From Bacilli bacterium (GTDB taxonomy: Bacteria; Bacillota_I; Bacilli_A; RFN20; CAG-826), in contig JBAYXD010000001.1 of NCBI GenBank assembly GCA_041673725.1, positions 23,760-87,759 on the forward strand: 64,000 bases of DNA, written 5' to 3'. Below, piece after piece: positions 18,382-29,000 of the stretch. The notes below the pieces were generated by a model. It was given only the letters and a program-made list of their open reading frames with translations, was not told the DNA's origin and did not search any database. The position numbers and the translations under genes were made by a program. Position 1 is the first letter of the stretch. The number at the start of each line of letters is the position of its first letter.

Positions 18382-20672
18382 TTTAAAGTAACAATCGTTG
18401 CTCCTGTGCCACCTTCTACATCGTCTCCAAGTTTAAACGAATCAACATATTTTAAAGTTTTTAAATGTTCATGAATCGCATTTCGAAGTTGTCCACTACC
18501 ATAACCATGAATAATTTTAACAACATGTAAACCACGACTATAACAATCACTAAGATATTTGTCTAATGTGCTTAATCCTTCATCTATATGATATCCAACT
18601 AAATTTAAAGAAGAACTAAGACTTTTTTTACCAAAAATCATTCTATCAACATCAATTTGAGGTTGTTTATAAGTTGATGGTGCCGCTATTTTTTCACATT
18701 TATCGATATCTGTTTTTAAGGAAAAACCATCATGAGTAACAATAGTAACTTTTTTCCCATCAAGACGTGTTACCTTTCCTTGAACATCCAAACTCTTGAT
18801 ATCAACATAATCATTAAGTTCAATTTTCTCAATCTTTTTATTTGTGATTGATAAATTGTTAATCCTATCGATATATTCCTGACTATTCTTTTTATTCGAA
18901 GCCTTAAATTCATCAACAATATCATCGATTTCATCAATTTTTGAATCCATATAATCATCAAAATCAGATATTTTCTTATCCTTTAGTTTTGCTTCTCGAT
19001 CATCTAAAGTTTTTTGTTTCTTGCTTAAATCAGCAGAGAGAGAATTTAGTTCTTTTCTTTTATCCTCAAGTTGAATATTCTTTTCATGAATTGTTCTTTC
19101 TTTATCTTCTAATAATTGAAGTTTTCTATCGTCATTATCGATATAATTTTGATTATATATAGCTTGAGCCCTATCAACAATTGAATCATTTAAGCCATAT
19201 TTTTTTGCAATAGCAAAACCATAACTCTTACCGCTTACATCATAAATAATTCTAAAGGTTGGTTCGATATTCTTCTCATCAAAAATAAACGACGCACTCA
19301 AAACATTTTTGTTAGTTAGGCCAAATTGTTTAAGTAAAGTATAATGCGAAGTTATCATTGTTAAGCATTTTCTATTAAGTAAAAATTCAACAACAGCCAT
19401 GCTAAGTGCTTCTCCTTCTTTTGGATCTGTTCCATTACCTAATTCGTCTATAACTACTAAATCTTTACTAGATATATACTTTAATAATACTGAAAGAATC
19501 GAAATATGAGCACTAAATGTTGAAAGGTTATTTTCAATTGATTGACTATCACCAATATCAACATAGATTTTCCTAAAGAATCCAATACCGCTATTTTGAG
19601 CTGCGGATATTGGAAGACCAAGCTTAGTCATATATGCTAAAATAGAAACTGTTTTTAATGCGATTGTTTTTCCACCAGCATTAGGACCACTAATTAACAT
19701 TAATGTTTTATCATTACCAAAAGAAAAATCATTAGCAACTACAGTCTTTTGGTCTAATAATGGATGTCTTGCCATGTATAATCGTATTTCTTGTTTATCT
19801 AATAAAATAGGCACTACACCATCAATTTCTGCACAATAATGAGCTTTAGATGATAAGAAATCTAAATAACCAATAACTTGATCATTAAGTTCAAGCATTC
19901 CTTCATCTCTAACTACTAAATCTGTTAATTCTTTTAATATTCTAGTTACTTCTTCTTTTTCTTGAATCTCTAAGACATGTTTTGAATTTTCTAAATTAAC
20001 AATTTCAAGTGGTTCAATAAATGTAGTTTGTCCACTATCACTAATATCTAAAACTAAGCCATCAACGCTACTTTTTAAAGAAGAGTTGATTGGTAAAACA
20101 AAAACACCATCACGCATAACAAAGTTATCGCCAGATAAATAATCTTTATAAGTAATTAAAAGCTTTGTAATAGAACTCTTGATTTCTCTCTCGCTACGAA
20201 ATAAATTCTTTCTAATAGAGTTTAATTTAGGAGAAGCATTATCAGACACAGTATTATCAACAGTAATAACATTATTTATTTTTTGGTAAAGCGGTTCATC
20301 AAATTTAAGTTTAATGAATTCTTTTGATAATAATAAAGGTGGTTCCGTTAATTTTTGATAAAATTTTATTATTTCTTTTGAAGATAAAAGAACCTCTTTT
20401 ATATCATTTAGCTTCTTTTCATCAAAAACATCACCTTTTTTGGCTTTTTTGATCTCTTCTTCAATATTAATATGATTATTAATTGGTAAATCGTTATATT
20501 TATTAGTTATGTCTATCATCTCAGACAATTTGTTGAGTTCAAGCTTACATTCATCAGCGGTTTCAAAAACATCAAGATTATCTAATATAGATAAGCCTTT
20601 TGGAGTCTTAATATATCTTTTAATATGTTCAATAACCTTGTCAATTTCAAGGATTTGTCGTACTGAATTCAT
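18378..20672 (-). CDS. mutS2: endonuclease MutS2 (MutS domain plus C-terminal Smr)
   Basis: Walker A GPNAGGKT; C-terminal Smr domain LNLVGYHIDEGLSTL...HGYGSGQLR; 764 aa. Confidence 0.9.
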   Translation of the reverse strand: MNSVRQILEIDKVIEHIKRYIKTPKGLSILDNLDVFETADECKLELNKLSEMIDITNKYNDLPINNHINIEEEIKKAKKGDVFDEKKLNDIKEVLLSSKEIIKFYQKLTEPPLLLSKEFIKLKFDEPLYQKINNVITVDNTVSDNASPKLNSIRKNLFRSEREIKSSITKLLITYKDYLSGDNFVMRDGVFVLPINSSLKSSVDGLVLDISDSGQTTFIEPLEIVNLENSKHVLEIQEKEEVTRILKELTDLVVRDEGMLELNDQVIGYLDFLSSKAHYCAEIDGVVPILLDKQEIRLYMARHPLLDQKTVVANDFSFGNDKTLMLISGPNAGGKTIALKTVSILAYMTKLGLPISAAQNSGIGFFRKIYVDIGDSQSIENNLSTFSAHISILSVLLKYISSKDLVVIDELGNGTDPKEGEALSMAVVEFLLNRKCLTMITSHYTLLKQFGLTNKNVLSASFIFDEKNIEPTFRIIYDVSGKSYGFAIAKKYGLNDSIVDRAQAIYNQNYIDNDDRKLQLLEDKERTIHEKNIQLEDKRKELNSLSADLSKKQKTLDDREAKLKDKKISDFDDYMDSKIDEIDDIVDEFKASNKKNSQEYIDRINNLSITNKKIEKIELNDYVDIKSLDVQGKVTRLDGKKVTIVTHDGFSLKTDIDKCEKIAAPSTYKQPQIDVDRMIFGKKSLSSSLNLVGYHIDEGLSTLDKYLSDCYSRGLHVVKIIHGYGSGQLRNAIHEHLKTLKYVDSFKLGDDVEGGTGATIVTLK

Positions 20673-20719
20673 AAATCTTATATTAGCATAAATAGGGGTT
20701 TAATGGTATAATTTCAATA

Positions 20720-21640
20720 ATGATAACAATAAAAGTTGATGAGACTACTCTCAAAGAAATCGAGAATGATTTCAAGGATAAAATAGTCCAAAGAAATATT
20801 GGATATATTTTATTTGTAATTAAAACCGAAACCAATATTATTACAGCTTTCTATAATAAAAAAGGTGTTGCTTTTAAAGTGACAATTCAAGGAGATAAAG
20901 CTCTTGAATTAGCTGAAAAATATTCTAAAGGCGCATTATTAATTCCAAAGAAAGAGAAGATTGTTAAAGAATCTCCTTACTATATTGATGTTGATCAACA
21001 AATTGGTAGCGATGAAGTTGGAACTGGGGATTTCTTAGGCCCTATCGTTGTTTGTGCTGCTTATTGCGACCATGAAACTATGAAATTAATTGATGAGTAT
21101 GGGATTAAAGATAGCAAAAAATTTAATGACCAACAAATTATGAAAGTTGTTCCACTACTTTTAAAGAAAGTTTTTTACGAATATAAAATATTAAGCAACG
21201 ACCGCTATAATAGTGCTGTCAAAAATGGTTTTAACATGGTCAAAATTAAATGCATTTTACATAATCACGTCTTATCTAAATTGCATTCAAGATTCCCTTA
21301 TGTCAGAAATGTTTATATTGATCAATTCACTCCTAAAGAAAATTATTTTGAATACCTTAAAGATGTCCCACATATTGAAGATGGTCTTGTATTTCGTGAA
21401 AAAGGTGAGAGTTATTTCCCAAGTGTGGCTTTAGGAAGTTGCATTGCACGTTACTATTTCTTAGAAGAAATGGCTTTTGAATCTAAAAAATTAGGAATGA
21501 AAATTCCTTTTGGAGCTGGTGCTCAAGTTAATGAGTTTAGCAAAGTATATATTGAGAAGTATGGTCTTGAAGCTTTTTCAAAGATTTGCAAACAAAACTT
21601 TAAAAATTATCAAGAATTAACCGAATTAAAATTACTTTAG
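20720..21640 (+). CDS. rnhC: ribonuclease HIII
   Basis: catalytic motif GSDEVGTGDFLGPIVV, N-terminal extra domain, 306 aa; near mutS2 and pheST as in Bacillus. Confidence 0.85.
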   Translation: MITIKVDETTLKEIENDFKDKIVQRNIGYILFVIKTETNIITAFYNKKGVAFKVTIQGDKALELAEKYSKGALLIPKKEKIVKESPYYIDVDQQIGSDEVGTGDFLGPIVVCAAYCDHETMKLIDEYGIKDSKKFNDQQIMKVVPLLLKKVFYEYKILSNDRYNSAVKNGFNMVKIKCILHNHVLSKLHSRFPYVRNVYIDQFTPKENYFEYLKDVPHIEDGLVFREKGESYFPSVALGSCIARYYFLEEMAFESKKLGMKIPFGAGAQVNEFSKVYIEKYGLEAFSKICKQNFKNYQELTELKLL

Positions 21641-22540
21641 TTTGTTCAATACATCAGTAAAATATTGAGGAAGAGGCGAGGTAAAACTCATCTCTTTTTT
21701 TGTTGTTGGATGAATAAAAGATAAACGATAAGCATGCAGTAATTGACCATTATTGTAGATTCCACAATTATTCTTACCATATAAAGGATCACCAATTACT
21801 GGATGATGAATAAATTCCATATGAACTCTTATTTGGTGAGTTCTTCCAGTTTCAAGTCGGCAATCAAGTAAAGTGTATTTCTCATAACGTTTTACAACTG
21901 TAAAATGAGTAACGGATGGTTTACCATTTATTGGGTCCACTGCCATCTTTTTACGATTTTCTTTGCTACGACAGATGGGTCCAATAATCTTCCCGTCATC
22001 TTCTTCAATTCTACCAAGAACTAATGCGTAATACTCACGATGCATCGTATGATCTTTAAGTTGTTTAGCAATAAAAGCATGAGCAAAATTGTTTTTACAA
22101 ACCAAAAGAAGACCACTTGTGTCTTTATCAATTCGATGAACAATGCCAACTCTCTCTAAGCCATTTAAATTAGAAAGCTCCTTATGCTCATAAACAAGAG
22201 CATTAACAAGCGTATCGTCATGATGTCCATCTCCAGGATGAACAACTAATCCTTTTGGTTTATTAATAACGATTATATCGTCATCTTCGTATAAAATATC
22301 TAATTTAAAATTATATGGTTTAATAGTTTCATCAAGTTTTTCTTCAACAAAATCAACGGATATCTTGTCGTTTGGTTTAATCTTATATGAAGGAGAAATT
22401 ACTTTATCGTTTACTAAAACTTTTTCTTCTTTAATCAAGTTACTAAAATGAGCTCTTGAATATTTTGATTCCTTAAGAGTTAGATATTTATCGATTCGTA
22501 ATGAACTTTCTTCAGCACTAACAACATAGTTTTTAATCAT
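21632..22540 (-). CDS. rluD: 23S rRNA pseudouridine synthase, RluA family (RluD-like)
   Basis: N-terminal S4 domain, catalytic motif HRIDKDTSGLLLV; downstream of lspA. Confidence 0.85.
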   Translation of the reverse strand: MIKNYVVSAEESSLRIDKYLTLKESKYSRAHFSNLIKEEKVLVNDKVISPSYKIKPNDKISVDFVEEKLDETIKPYNFKLDILYEDDDIIVINKPKGLVVHPGDGHHDDTLVNALVYEHKELSNLNGLERVGIVHRIDKDTSGLLLVCKNNFAHAFIAKQLKDHTMHREYYALVLGRIEEDDGKIIGPICRSKENRKKMAVDPINGKPSVTHFTVVKRYEKYTLLDCRLETGRTHQIRVHMEFIHHPVIGDPLYGKNNCGIYNNGQLLHAYRLSFIHPTTKKEMSFTSPLPQYFTDVLNKLK

Positions 22541-23169
22541 TACTTTTCATCCTTTTTAGGTGATTTTTTCTTTAAATCATCTCTAATCATCTCGACCACT
22601 TCATAAACAATTAATAAAAATATTCCAACACAAAGGCAACTATCGGCAAAATTAAATATTCCAAAGTTTGGAATTATTGGCGTAATATCAATAAAATCAA
22701 TAACACCTTTAGCATAAATTGTTGGTAAATTTGTCATGAATGAAAATGTTCGATCTATTAAATTACCAACATCACCAGCTAAAATAACCATCATAATAGC
22801 CTTTAAAAACTTTGTTAAAGTCTTTTGCTTTTTAATAAAATAGACAATGATAAAAATTGCAACTGCATAACTTGCAAAACAAAGCAAGATTCTTGCAACC
22901 ATGTTATCTCCACCAGCACCAAAGGCAGCACCAGTATTAAATGTTAAAGTTAATTGAAATAACCATTCAAAACCAGAAACTTTAACAGTTGTTTGATAAG
23001 GAAGATTGTAATAAGCCGCAACTTTAGTAAGAACATCAATCACAAAAAGAATGACTGCAAGCCAAATAAAAGATTCAAAGCATTGTTTTAAAATGCTCTT
23101 TTTTGGTTCTGTTTCTTTGTTCTCTTCTGGTTTTTTTACTTCTTGAGGGCTTGTTGGCATCTGTGACAT
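22540..23169 (-). CDS. lspA: lipoprotein signal peptidase II
   Basis: conserved NTGAAFG and FNFAD boxes, 4 TM; about 40 aa N-terminal extension. Confidence 0.8.
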   Translation of the reverse strand: MSQMPTSPQEVKKPEENKETEPKKSILKQCFESFIWLAVILFVIDVLTKVAAYYNLPYQTTVKVSGFEWLFQLTLTFNTGAAFGAGGDNMVARILLCFASYAVAIFIIVYFIKKQKTLTKFLKAIMMVILAGDVGNLIDRTFSFMTNLPTIYAKGVIDFIDITPIIPNFGIFNFADSCLCVGIFLLIVYEVVEMIRDDLKKKSPKKDEK

Positions 23170-25901
23170 ACATGTGCTCCTTCTACTTCATTTATATCTT
23201 TTTCATCAAAATAATTCCAGCATCTATCGCATTTCACACCTTTATGATGTAAAACTTGAATAATTGCAAGCTCGCCTTTATAACCAGATCTTTGTTTTAA
23301 GTTGAAATGTACTTCACTAACAATAAGAATTTCAGCTAAAGCTTTTTCGGAAACGTGATTTAAAAAATACATTCTTACACTATCCTTCTTAAAATGAATA
23401 TCAACAACTGCTTCTTGAGAAGAATGAATATCATTTGTATTACGTCTTTCTTCAATTGCTTTTAAAGCTTCATCTCTTAAGGCAAGAACGTTCATGCTAT
23501 ATTCAGCTAATAAAGCGTGATCAATTTCTTCAACATAAGCTGGATAATCATATAATTGAACATTATCTTTTGTTCTTAATGGATAATTCTTATTAACTTC
23601 ATCCATAGTGAAAGGTAGGATTGGATTCAATAATCGCATCAAAGTATAGACGACGGATGCAAAAACTGTTTGGATTTGTCTTCGACGTAAACTGTGCTTT
23701 TCATCGCAATATAGTGAATCTTTAGTAATATCTAAGTAGAATGAAGATAAATCATCACTAACAAATTTGAATAAATCATTCATAGCATTAATAAAATCAA
23801 ACTGATTGAAATTATTAATAAAACTATTAGAAACTTGATGTAATCTTTGGATGATAAATTGATCAGTAACCGTTAATTTGTCATATTCAACAATATCTTC
23901 TTCTTTAAATACATCATCTACACTGCCATTAGTTAAATTTGAAAGCATGAACTTGAAAGTATTACGAATTTTACGATAACCTTCGATGTTTTGCTTTACT
24001 AGATTTTCACTTAAACGAACATCTTGTTGATAATCAGTTGTCGCAACCCATAATCTTAAAATATCTGCGCCATAAACATTAGCAATCTTAATTGGATCAA
24101 TTCCATTTCCTAAAGATTTGGACATTTTTTCCCAATTTTCATCTAAAACATAGCCATGGGAGACGACATTTTTATATGGAGCAATACCTTTACAAGCAAC
24201 CGAAATAATAAGCGAACTATTAAACCATCCACGATATTGATCGCTACCTTCAAGATATAAATCACAAGGATAATCAAGATTTCTCTCTAATAAAACGCCT
24301 TCAAAACTTGAACCACTATCAAACCAAACATCCATAATATCTTTTTCTTTTCTAAAGATACCATTTGGTGAATGTTCATTTTTATAACCATCTGGAAGAA
24401 GTTCACGTTCAGTTTTTAAATACCAAGCATTACTACCTTCTTCTCTAAATACTTTTTCAATCTTATCGAAAACTGCTTTATCAATAATTGGTGTTCCATC
24501 TTCACAATATATAATAGGAAGAGGTACTCCCCATACTCTTTGACGACTAATGCACCAATCATTACGATCAATAATCATATTTCTCATTCTTTGGCGTCCC
24601 CAATCAGGTGTCCAATTAACGCTATCAATCGCTTGTAATAAATCTTTACGAATTGGTTCAATGGAGCAGAACCATTGAGGAGTTGCTCTAAAAATAACTG
24701 GTTTATGAGTTCGCCAATCATGAGGATAACTATGGATTAAATCCTCTTCTTTTAATAAGCAATTATTTTCTTTAAGAATATCTAAAACAACTTTATTTGC
24801 ATCTTCATAGAATAATCCAGCTAAACGTGGACCACAATCTTCAGTAAGTTTTCCATGTTCATCAACTGGGCAATATGGTTTAATTCCATATTTTAAACAA
24901 GCATTATAGTCATCTTCACCATGGCCTGGAGCAATATGAACTACACCAGTACCATCGGTATTTGTGACATAATCAGCATTAATAACTACACTATCACGAT
25001 CATAGAATGGATGCTTACAAACAACGCCTTCAAGTTCTTTTCCAGTAAATTCTTTAATTAATTTACATTCAGTAAATCCAAGTTTCTCACTTAGTTTATC
25101 TTTTAATTCGCTTAAGAAAATAAATTTTCCTAAATTTGTTTCAAATAAACCATATAAAAACTTAGGATGGGTACAAATTGCTAAGTTAGCAGGTAAAGTC
25201 CAAGGGGTAGTTGTCCAGATTACAAATTTTGCATCATTTGGAACAACGTTTTTCCCATCTCTAACACTAAAAGCAACATAAACCGTAAAAGCTTTTACAT
25301 CATGATATTCAATTTCAGCTTCTGCTAAAGCAGATTCGCTCGATGGTGACCAATAAACTGGTTTTAATCCTTTATAGATTAATCCCTTAAGAGCCATCGT
25401 TGCAAAACAATGAATCTCATTTGCTTCATATTCTTTTTGAAGAGTTAAATATGGATGATCATAATCACCTAAAATACCAAGTCTACGGATAGATTCTTTT
25501 TGTCTTTCAACTTGTTTTAAAGCATATTCTTCGCACTTTTGTCTAAATTCAGGAATTGGAGTTGTCTTTCGATTTACACCATTTTTTGTTACTTGGTTTT
25601 CAATTGGTAGACCATGGGTATCCCAACCAAAAACAAAAGGAGTTCGATATCCTGACATATTTTTATAGCGAACAACAAAATCTTTTAATACTCTATTAAG
25701 CATATGTCCACAATGCATCGCACCATTAGCATATGGAGGTCCATCATGAAGAAGATAATCACCTAAATTTCGATCTTCTTGCATATGATTATAAATATCA
25801 GCATTTTTCCAATCTTCGACAAGTTTTGGTTCTTTTTGATTCAAATTACCTCGCATCTCGAAATTGCTTTTTCCCATTAATAAACTTTCTTTTAGTTCCA
25901 T
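23136..25901 (-). CDS. ileS: isoleucine--tRNA ligase
   Basis: HMGH class-I motif, KMSKS, C-terminal Zn-finger CxxC...CxxC, 921 aa. Confidence 0.95.
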   Translation of the reverse strand: MELKESLLMGKSNFEMRGNLNQKEPKLVEDWKNADIYNHMQEDRNLGDYLLHDGPPYANGAMHCGHMLNRVLKDFVVRYKNMSGYRTPFVFGWDTHGLPIENQVTKNGVNRKTTPIPEFRQKCEEYALKQVERQKESIRRLGILGDYDHPYLTLQKEYEANEIHCFATMALKGLIYKGLKPVYWSPSSESALAEAEIEYHDVKAFTVYVAFSVRDGKNVVPNDAKFVIWTTTPWTLPANLAICTHPKFLYGLFETNLGKFIFLSELKDKLSEKLGFTECKLIKEFTGKELEGVVCKHPFYDRDSVVINADYVTNTDGTGVVHIAPGHGEDDYNACLKYGIKPYCPVDEHGKLTEDCGPRLAGLFYEDANKVVLDILKENNCLLKEEDLIHSYPHDWRTHKPVIFRATPQWFCSIEPIRKDLLQAIDSVNWTPDWGRQRMRNMIIDRNDWCISRQRVWGVPLPIIYCEDGTPIIDKAVFDKIEKVFREEGSNAWYLKTERELLPDGYKNEHSPNGIFRKEKDIMDVWFDSGSSFEGVLLERNLDYPCDLYLEGSDQYRGWFNSSLIISVACKGIAPYKNVVSHGYVLDENWEKMSKSLGNGIDPIKIANVYGADILRLWVATTDYQQDVRLSENLVKQNIEGYRKIRNTFKFMLSNLTNGSVDDVFKEEDIVEYDKLTVTDQFIIQRLHQVSNSFINNFNQFDFINAMNDLFKFVSDDLSSFYLDITKDSLYCDEKHSLRRRQIQTVFASVVYTLMRLLNPILPFTMDEVNKNYPLRTKDNVQLYDYPAYVEEIDHALLAEYSMNVLALRDEALKAIEERRNTNDIHSSQEAVVDIHFKKDSVRMYFLNHVSEKALAEILIVSEVHFNLKQRSGYKGELAIIQVLHHKGVKCDRCWNYFDEKDINEVEGAHVCHRCQQALKK

Positions 25902-25914
25902 AAATATCTCCTTA

Positions 25915-26140
25915 AATATAAAAAGTCCTTAGAAATTAATCTAAGGACGTTAATAACGCGGTACCACCTTAGTTATATGAATAAAATTCATATCACTTTC
26001 ATCTTCCAAAATTAATCTTTTTCAAAGTGATTTTTTGTTTATTTTATTAAGATTTTTCACCAAATCAATCTTTCTCTAAAATAACAATAAACAAAACGTG
26101 TCTTTTACTTACAACATATAATATTAAATCTTTAAAACTT
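25915..26140 (-). promoter_or_regulatory. T-box riboswitch leader (presumed Ile specifier) with intrinsic terminator, upstream of ileS
   Basis: minus-strand T-box sequence AGGTGGTACCGCG (plus coords 25953-25969) directly 5' of terminator hairpin GTCCTTAGA-loop-TCTAAGGAC followed by TTTTT. Confidence 0.7.
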
Positions 26141-26146
26141 AATCAA

Positions 26147-27334
26147 TTATTTTCCATTAAGGAAGTTTGGAATAATGTCTTCCATTGCATCTTCGGTACT
26201 AGGTTCTTCAACTGTAGCATTTGGATCAACTTCGCCTTCAGTTTCTTCGTTAGTTTCAAGAGCATTTTCAGCATCAGTTCCATCTTTTTCATCATTAAGC
26301 AATGGAGTGTTATCAATATTCTTATCAGCTTCTTTACGTAATAATGTTGAAGAATCAAGTTTTTCAGTACGACTGAAATCAATATCAGTATCAAAGTCAC
26401 CAGCAATAATCGAAACCATGATTTGGTCGGTTAATTGATCATTAATAGCAACACCAAACTTAAGATCTATACGACCACCAGATTGTTCAACGATATGTTC
26501 AACACAATCTTGGCATTCATACAAACTAACTTGAGGACCACAAGTAATGTGGCAAATAGCTTTTCTTGCACCTTTAATTGATTGTTCAATTAATGGAGAA
26601 TTTAAAGCACTTAAAGCAGCATCTTCACTACGGTTTTCGCCTTCACCAGTACCAAAACCAATAAGAGCGATTCCACTATCTTTTAATGTATTACGAACAT
26701 CAGCAAAATCAAGATTAATAATAGCTGGAGTAAGAATTAAATCAGTAACAGTTTGGACTGATTGAGCCAAAACTTTATCAGATTCACTAAATGCTTGACC
26801 AACAGGTAAATTACCAGCATCCATCAATAATTTATCATTAGAAACAACGATTAATGCATCACAATTTGCTTTTAAGTTATTTAAACCTTCGACACTTAAT
26901 GCAAGTTTTTTTGTTCCTTCAAAAGTAAATGGACGAGTAACAATTCCTATTGTTAATGCGCCAGCATCTTTTGCGGCTTTAGCAATAATAGGAGCAGCAC
27001 CTGTACCAGTTCCACCACCCATACCAGCAGCAATAAAGACCATATTGCAACCTTCAACTATTTGTTTAATATCTTCAATAGATGCTTCAGCAGCTTTTGC
27101 ACCAACACTTGGATCACCGCCAGCACCTAAACCATTTGTTAACTCTTCACCAAGAATTAATCTATTAGGAGCTTTGCTTAAAGATAAGGCTTGCTTATCA
27201 GTATTAGCAACATAAAACGAAACATTAGTAATGTTATCATCAATCATTCTGTTAACAGCATTGTTACCAGCGCCACCAACACCAATTACGGCAATCTTAG
27301 CTACTGGTTCAAAATTATCTAAATCTTCATTCAT
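26147..27334 (-). CDS. ftsZ: cell division GTPase FtsZ
   Basis: tubulin signature GVGGAGNNAV; GGGTGTG motif; acidic disordered C-terminus. Confidence 0.95.
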   Translation of the reverse strand: MNEDLDNFEPVAKIAVIGVGGAGNNAVNRMIDDNITNVSFYVANTDKQALSLSKAPNRLILGEELTNGLGAGGDPSVGAKAAEASIEDIKQIVEGCNMVFIAAGMGGGTGTGAAPIIAKAAKDAGALTIGIVTRPFTFEGTKKLALSVEGLNNLKANCDALIVVSNDKLLMDAGNLPVGQAFSESDKVLAQSVQTVTDLILTPAIINLDFADVRNTLKDSGIALIGFGTGEGENRSEDAALSALNSPLIEQSIKGARKAICHITCGPQVSLYECQDCVEHIVEQSGGRIDLKFGVAINDQLTDQIMVSIIAGDFDTDIDFSRTEKLDSSTLLRKEADKNIDNTPLLNDEKDGTDAENALETNEETEGEVDPNATVEEPSTEDAMEDIIPNFLNGK

Positions 27335-27347
27335 GCTCTAAAGCCTC

Positions 27348-28586
27348 CTATAACTCATCCTTAGTTTCACTATAATCATCTTTTTTATCATCTTCACGTT
27401 TAATCTCTTTAATTCTTCCTTTAATATCATCCTCAAGAGTTCCTCTATAAGATGAAGAAAGCAAGATAGCACCAGCACAATTAACAAAACAAGTATCTTG
27501 AATTCCAATATTTGGTAATATTGGGAAATTGCATGAATAATTGTTTAGGAATTTAATCAAATAATTCTTAAAACCATTGATCTTAAAGTTTTCACCAATA
27601 AAAACAAGATTTAAATTATTCATAATATCTTTATATTCAGACATTAATTTTGTTAAACATTCATTGAATTTAGTTAGATAATCTTGGAAATACTTCACAA
27701 CTATTGCATTTAAGTCATCAAGATAAAAACTGACTGGTTTGTTATTAATTGTACTTGTAACAATTGCTGGATTTAAAATTGATTTTCGACCATCATAACC
27801 ATAAATATTAACAAGTTCTTCTGCATCCGCATGTAATAAATTGAAACTACCTGCGACAGCATCAACTAGATCATCAAAACCGAATGAAAAGAAACTTGAT
27901 GCATAAACAACATTATTACCAACAAATGATAAACTGGTAGATTTTCTACCACTATCAACTAAAACATAAGTATTTAATGTGTATTTATAAGCTTTAAATA
28001 ATTGAGATGCACCGATTGGAGCAATAACATTTCTTCTAATTTTTACTCCAGCATTTTCAACAGCATCCATAATATCTTGAACTTGGTTAGTTTCAAGAGA
28101 ATAAATATTTGCATCAACTAAAAGTTGACTACTTGTTTCACCTAATGGTGGTTCAGTAAAAACCTTGTCACCATCGATAGAAAAGTAATTTGGAATAATA
28201 TCAATAATCGAATTATTTTGATTTGGAATCTTCTCTTTCTTAAGCATCATGATATCGTTTGTAATATCAATTTTATCTACTTTACTAGATGTCGAAATAA
28301 CTGTCGTTGATTTTTGACTATTATAGACTTCAAGTCCATAAGGAGGCAAAACTAAAGCTACTTCGTTAACGTTAATCTTCACATTATGCTTTTTATCTTC
28401 GATAGTAAGCATGTTTTTAATATCATTAGTTAAACTACTTCCATCTAAAACTTCTCCATCTTTTAGCGCAACAGAAAGAGGCCTAATGATACTATTTGTG
28501 ATATTTACCTTGTCATCTTGAACATTTCCAATGACCAAAGTAATCGTTTTGCTTCTTATTTCTAGCGCTGCAATATCTTTTTCCAT
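27348..28586 (-). CDS. ftsA: divergent FtsA-like actin-family cell division protein
   Basis: 412 aa directly upstream of ftsZ in the dcw cluster; actin/ASKHA-like glycine motifs only weakly recognisable. Confidence 0.5.
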   Translation of the reverse strand: MEKDIAALEIRSKTITLVIGNVQDDKVNITNSIIRPLSVALKDGEVLDGSSLTNDIKNMLTIEDKKHNVKINVNEVALVLPPYGLEVYNSQKSTTVISTSSKVDKIDITNDIMMLKKEKIPNQNNSIIDIIPNYFSIDGDKVFTEPPLGETSSQLLVDANIYSLETNQVQDIMDAVENAGVKIRRNVIAPIGASQLFKAYKYTLNTYVLVDSGRKSTSLSFVGNNVVYASSFFSFGFDDLVDAVAGSFNLLHADAEELVNIYGYDGRKSILNPAIVTSTINNKPVSFYLDDLNAIVVKYFQDYLTKFNECLTKLMSEYKDIMNNLNLVFIGENFKINGFKNYLIKFLNNYSCNFPILPNIGIQDTCFVNCAGAILLSSSYRGTLEDDIKGRIKEIKREDDKKDDYSETKDEL

Positions 28587-28699
28587 AACTATTAATAATT
28601 ATATTATTAAGTAGATTTATTTACAATCACAAAAAGTTAATTTTTAGTAGCAAATATTAGTTGTTTTATAGTATTAATTTAGTAGTAAATAAGTAAACA

Positions 28700-28732
28700 A
28701 AAAGACGGATCCATAAATCCGTCTTAAAAAGG
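28700..28732 (-). terminator. intrinsic terminator after the rsmH/small-ORF unit
   Basis: minus-strand stem AAGACGGAT-(ttatgg)-ATCCGTCTT followed by TTTTTG. Confidence 0.55.
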
Positions 28733-28782
28733 AAGATATATCAATGCGTCATAAAATACGCAGAAATATTAAATTTTTTGAA

Positions 28783-28986
28783 CTAAAAGTGTAAATAATC
28801 AATGTTAGTTACTGTTTTGCTTTCTTCTGCTTTCGCGATTTCACTTGATTTAACCATATTTAAACCAAAGCTTAATGGTAAAGCGATTAAAACTGAAGAG
28901 GCAACAACAATAGAAGCACCAACACAAATCTTCTTCATCATATAATAACCAGCTTTGTGATGATTTCTAACTAATTTGTCTTTCAT
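28783..28986 (-). CDS. small single-TM protein in the FtsL position of the dcw cluster
   Basis: 67 aa; one hydrophobic helix (ICVGASIVVASSVLIALPLSF) then polar tail; immediately downstream of rsmH where ftsL normally lies. Confidence 0.35.
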   Translation of the reverse strand: MKDKLVRNHHKAGYYMMKKICVGASIVVASSVLIALPLSFGLNMVKSSEIAKAEESKTVTNIDYLHF

Positions 28987-29000
28987 ATAATTAACTCTCC

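Noticed and set aside
26143-26438. Two 87-aa ORFs (one per strand) overlapping the ftsZ 3' end
   Set aside because: Both lie within or antisense to the acidic ftsZ C-terminal coding region. They are Ser- and Leu/Lys-rich frame artefacts with no start context.
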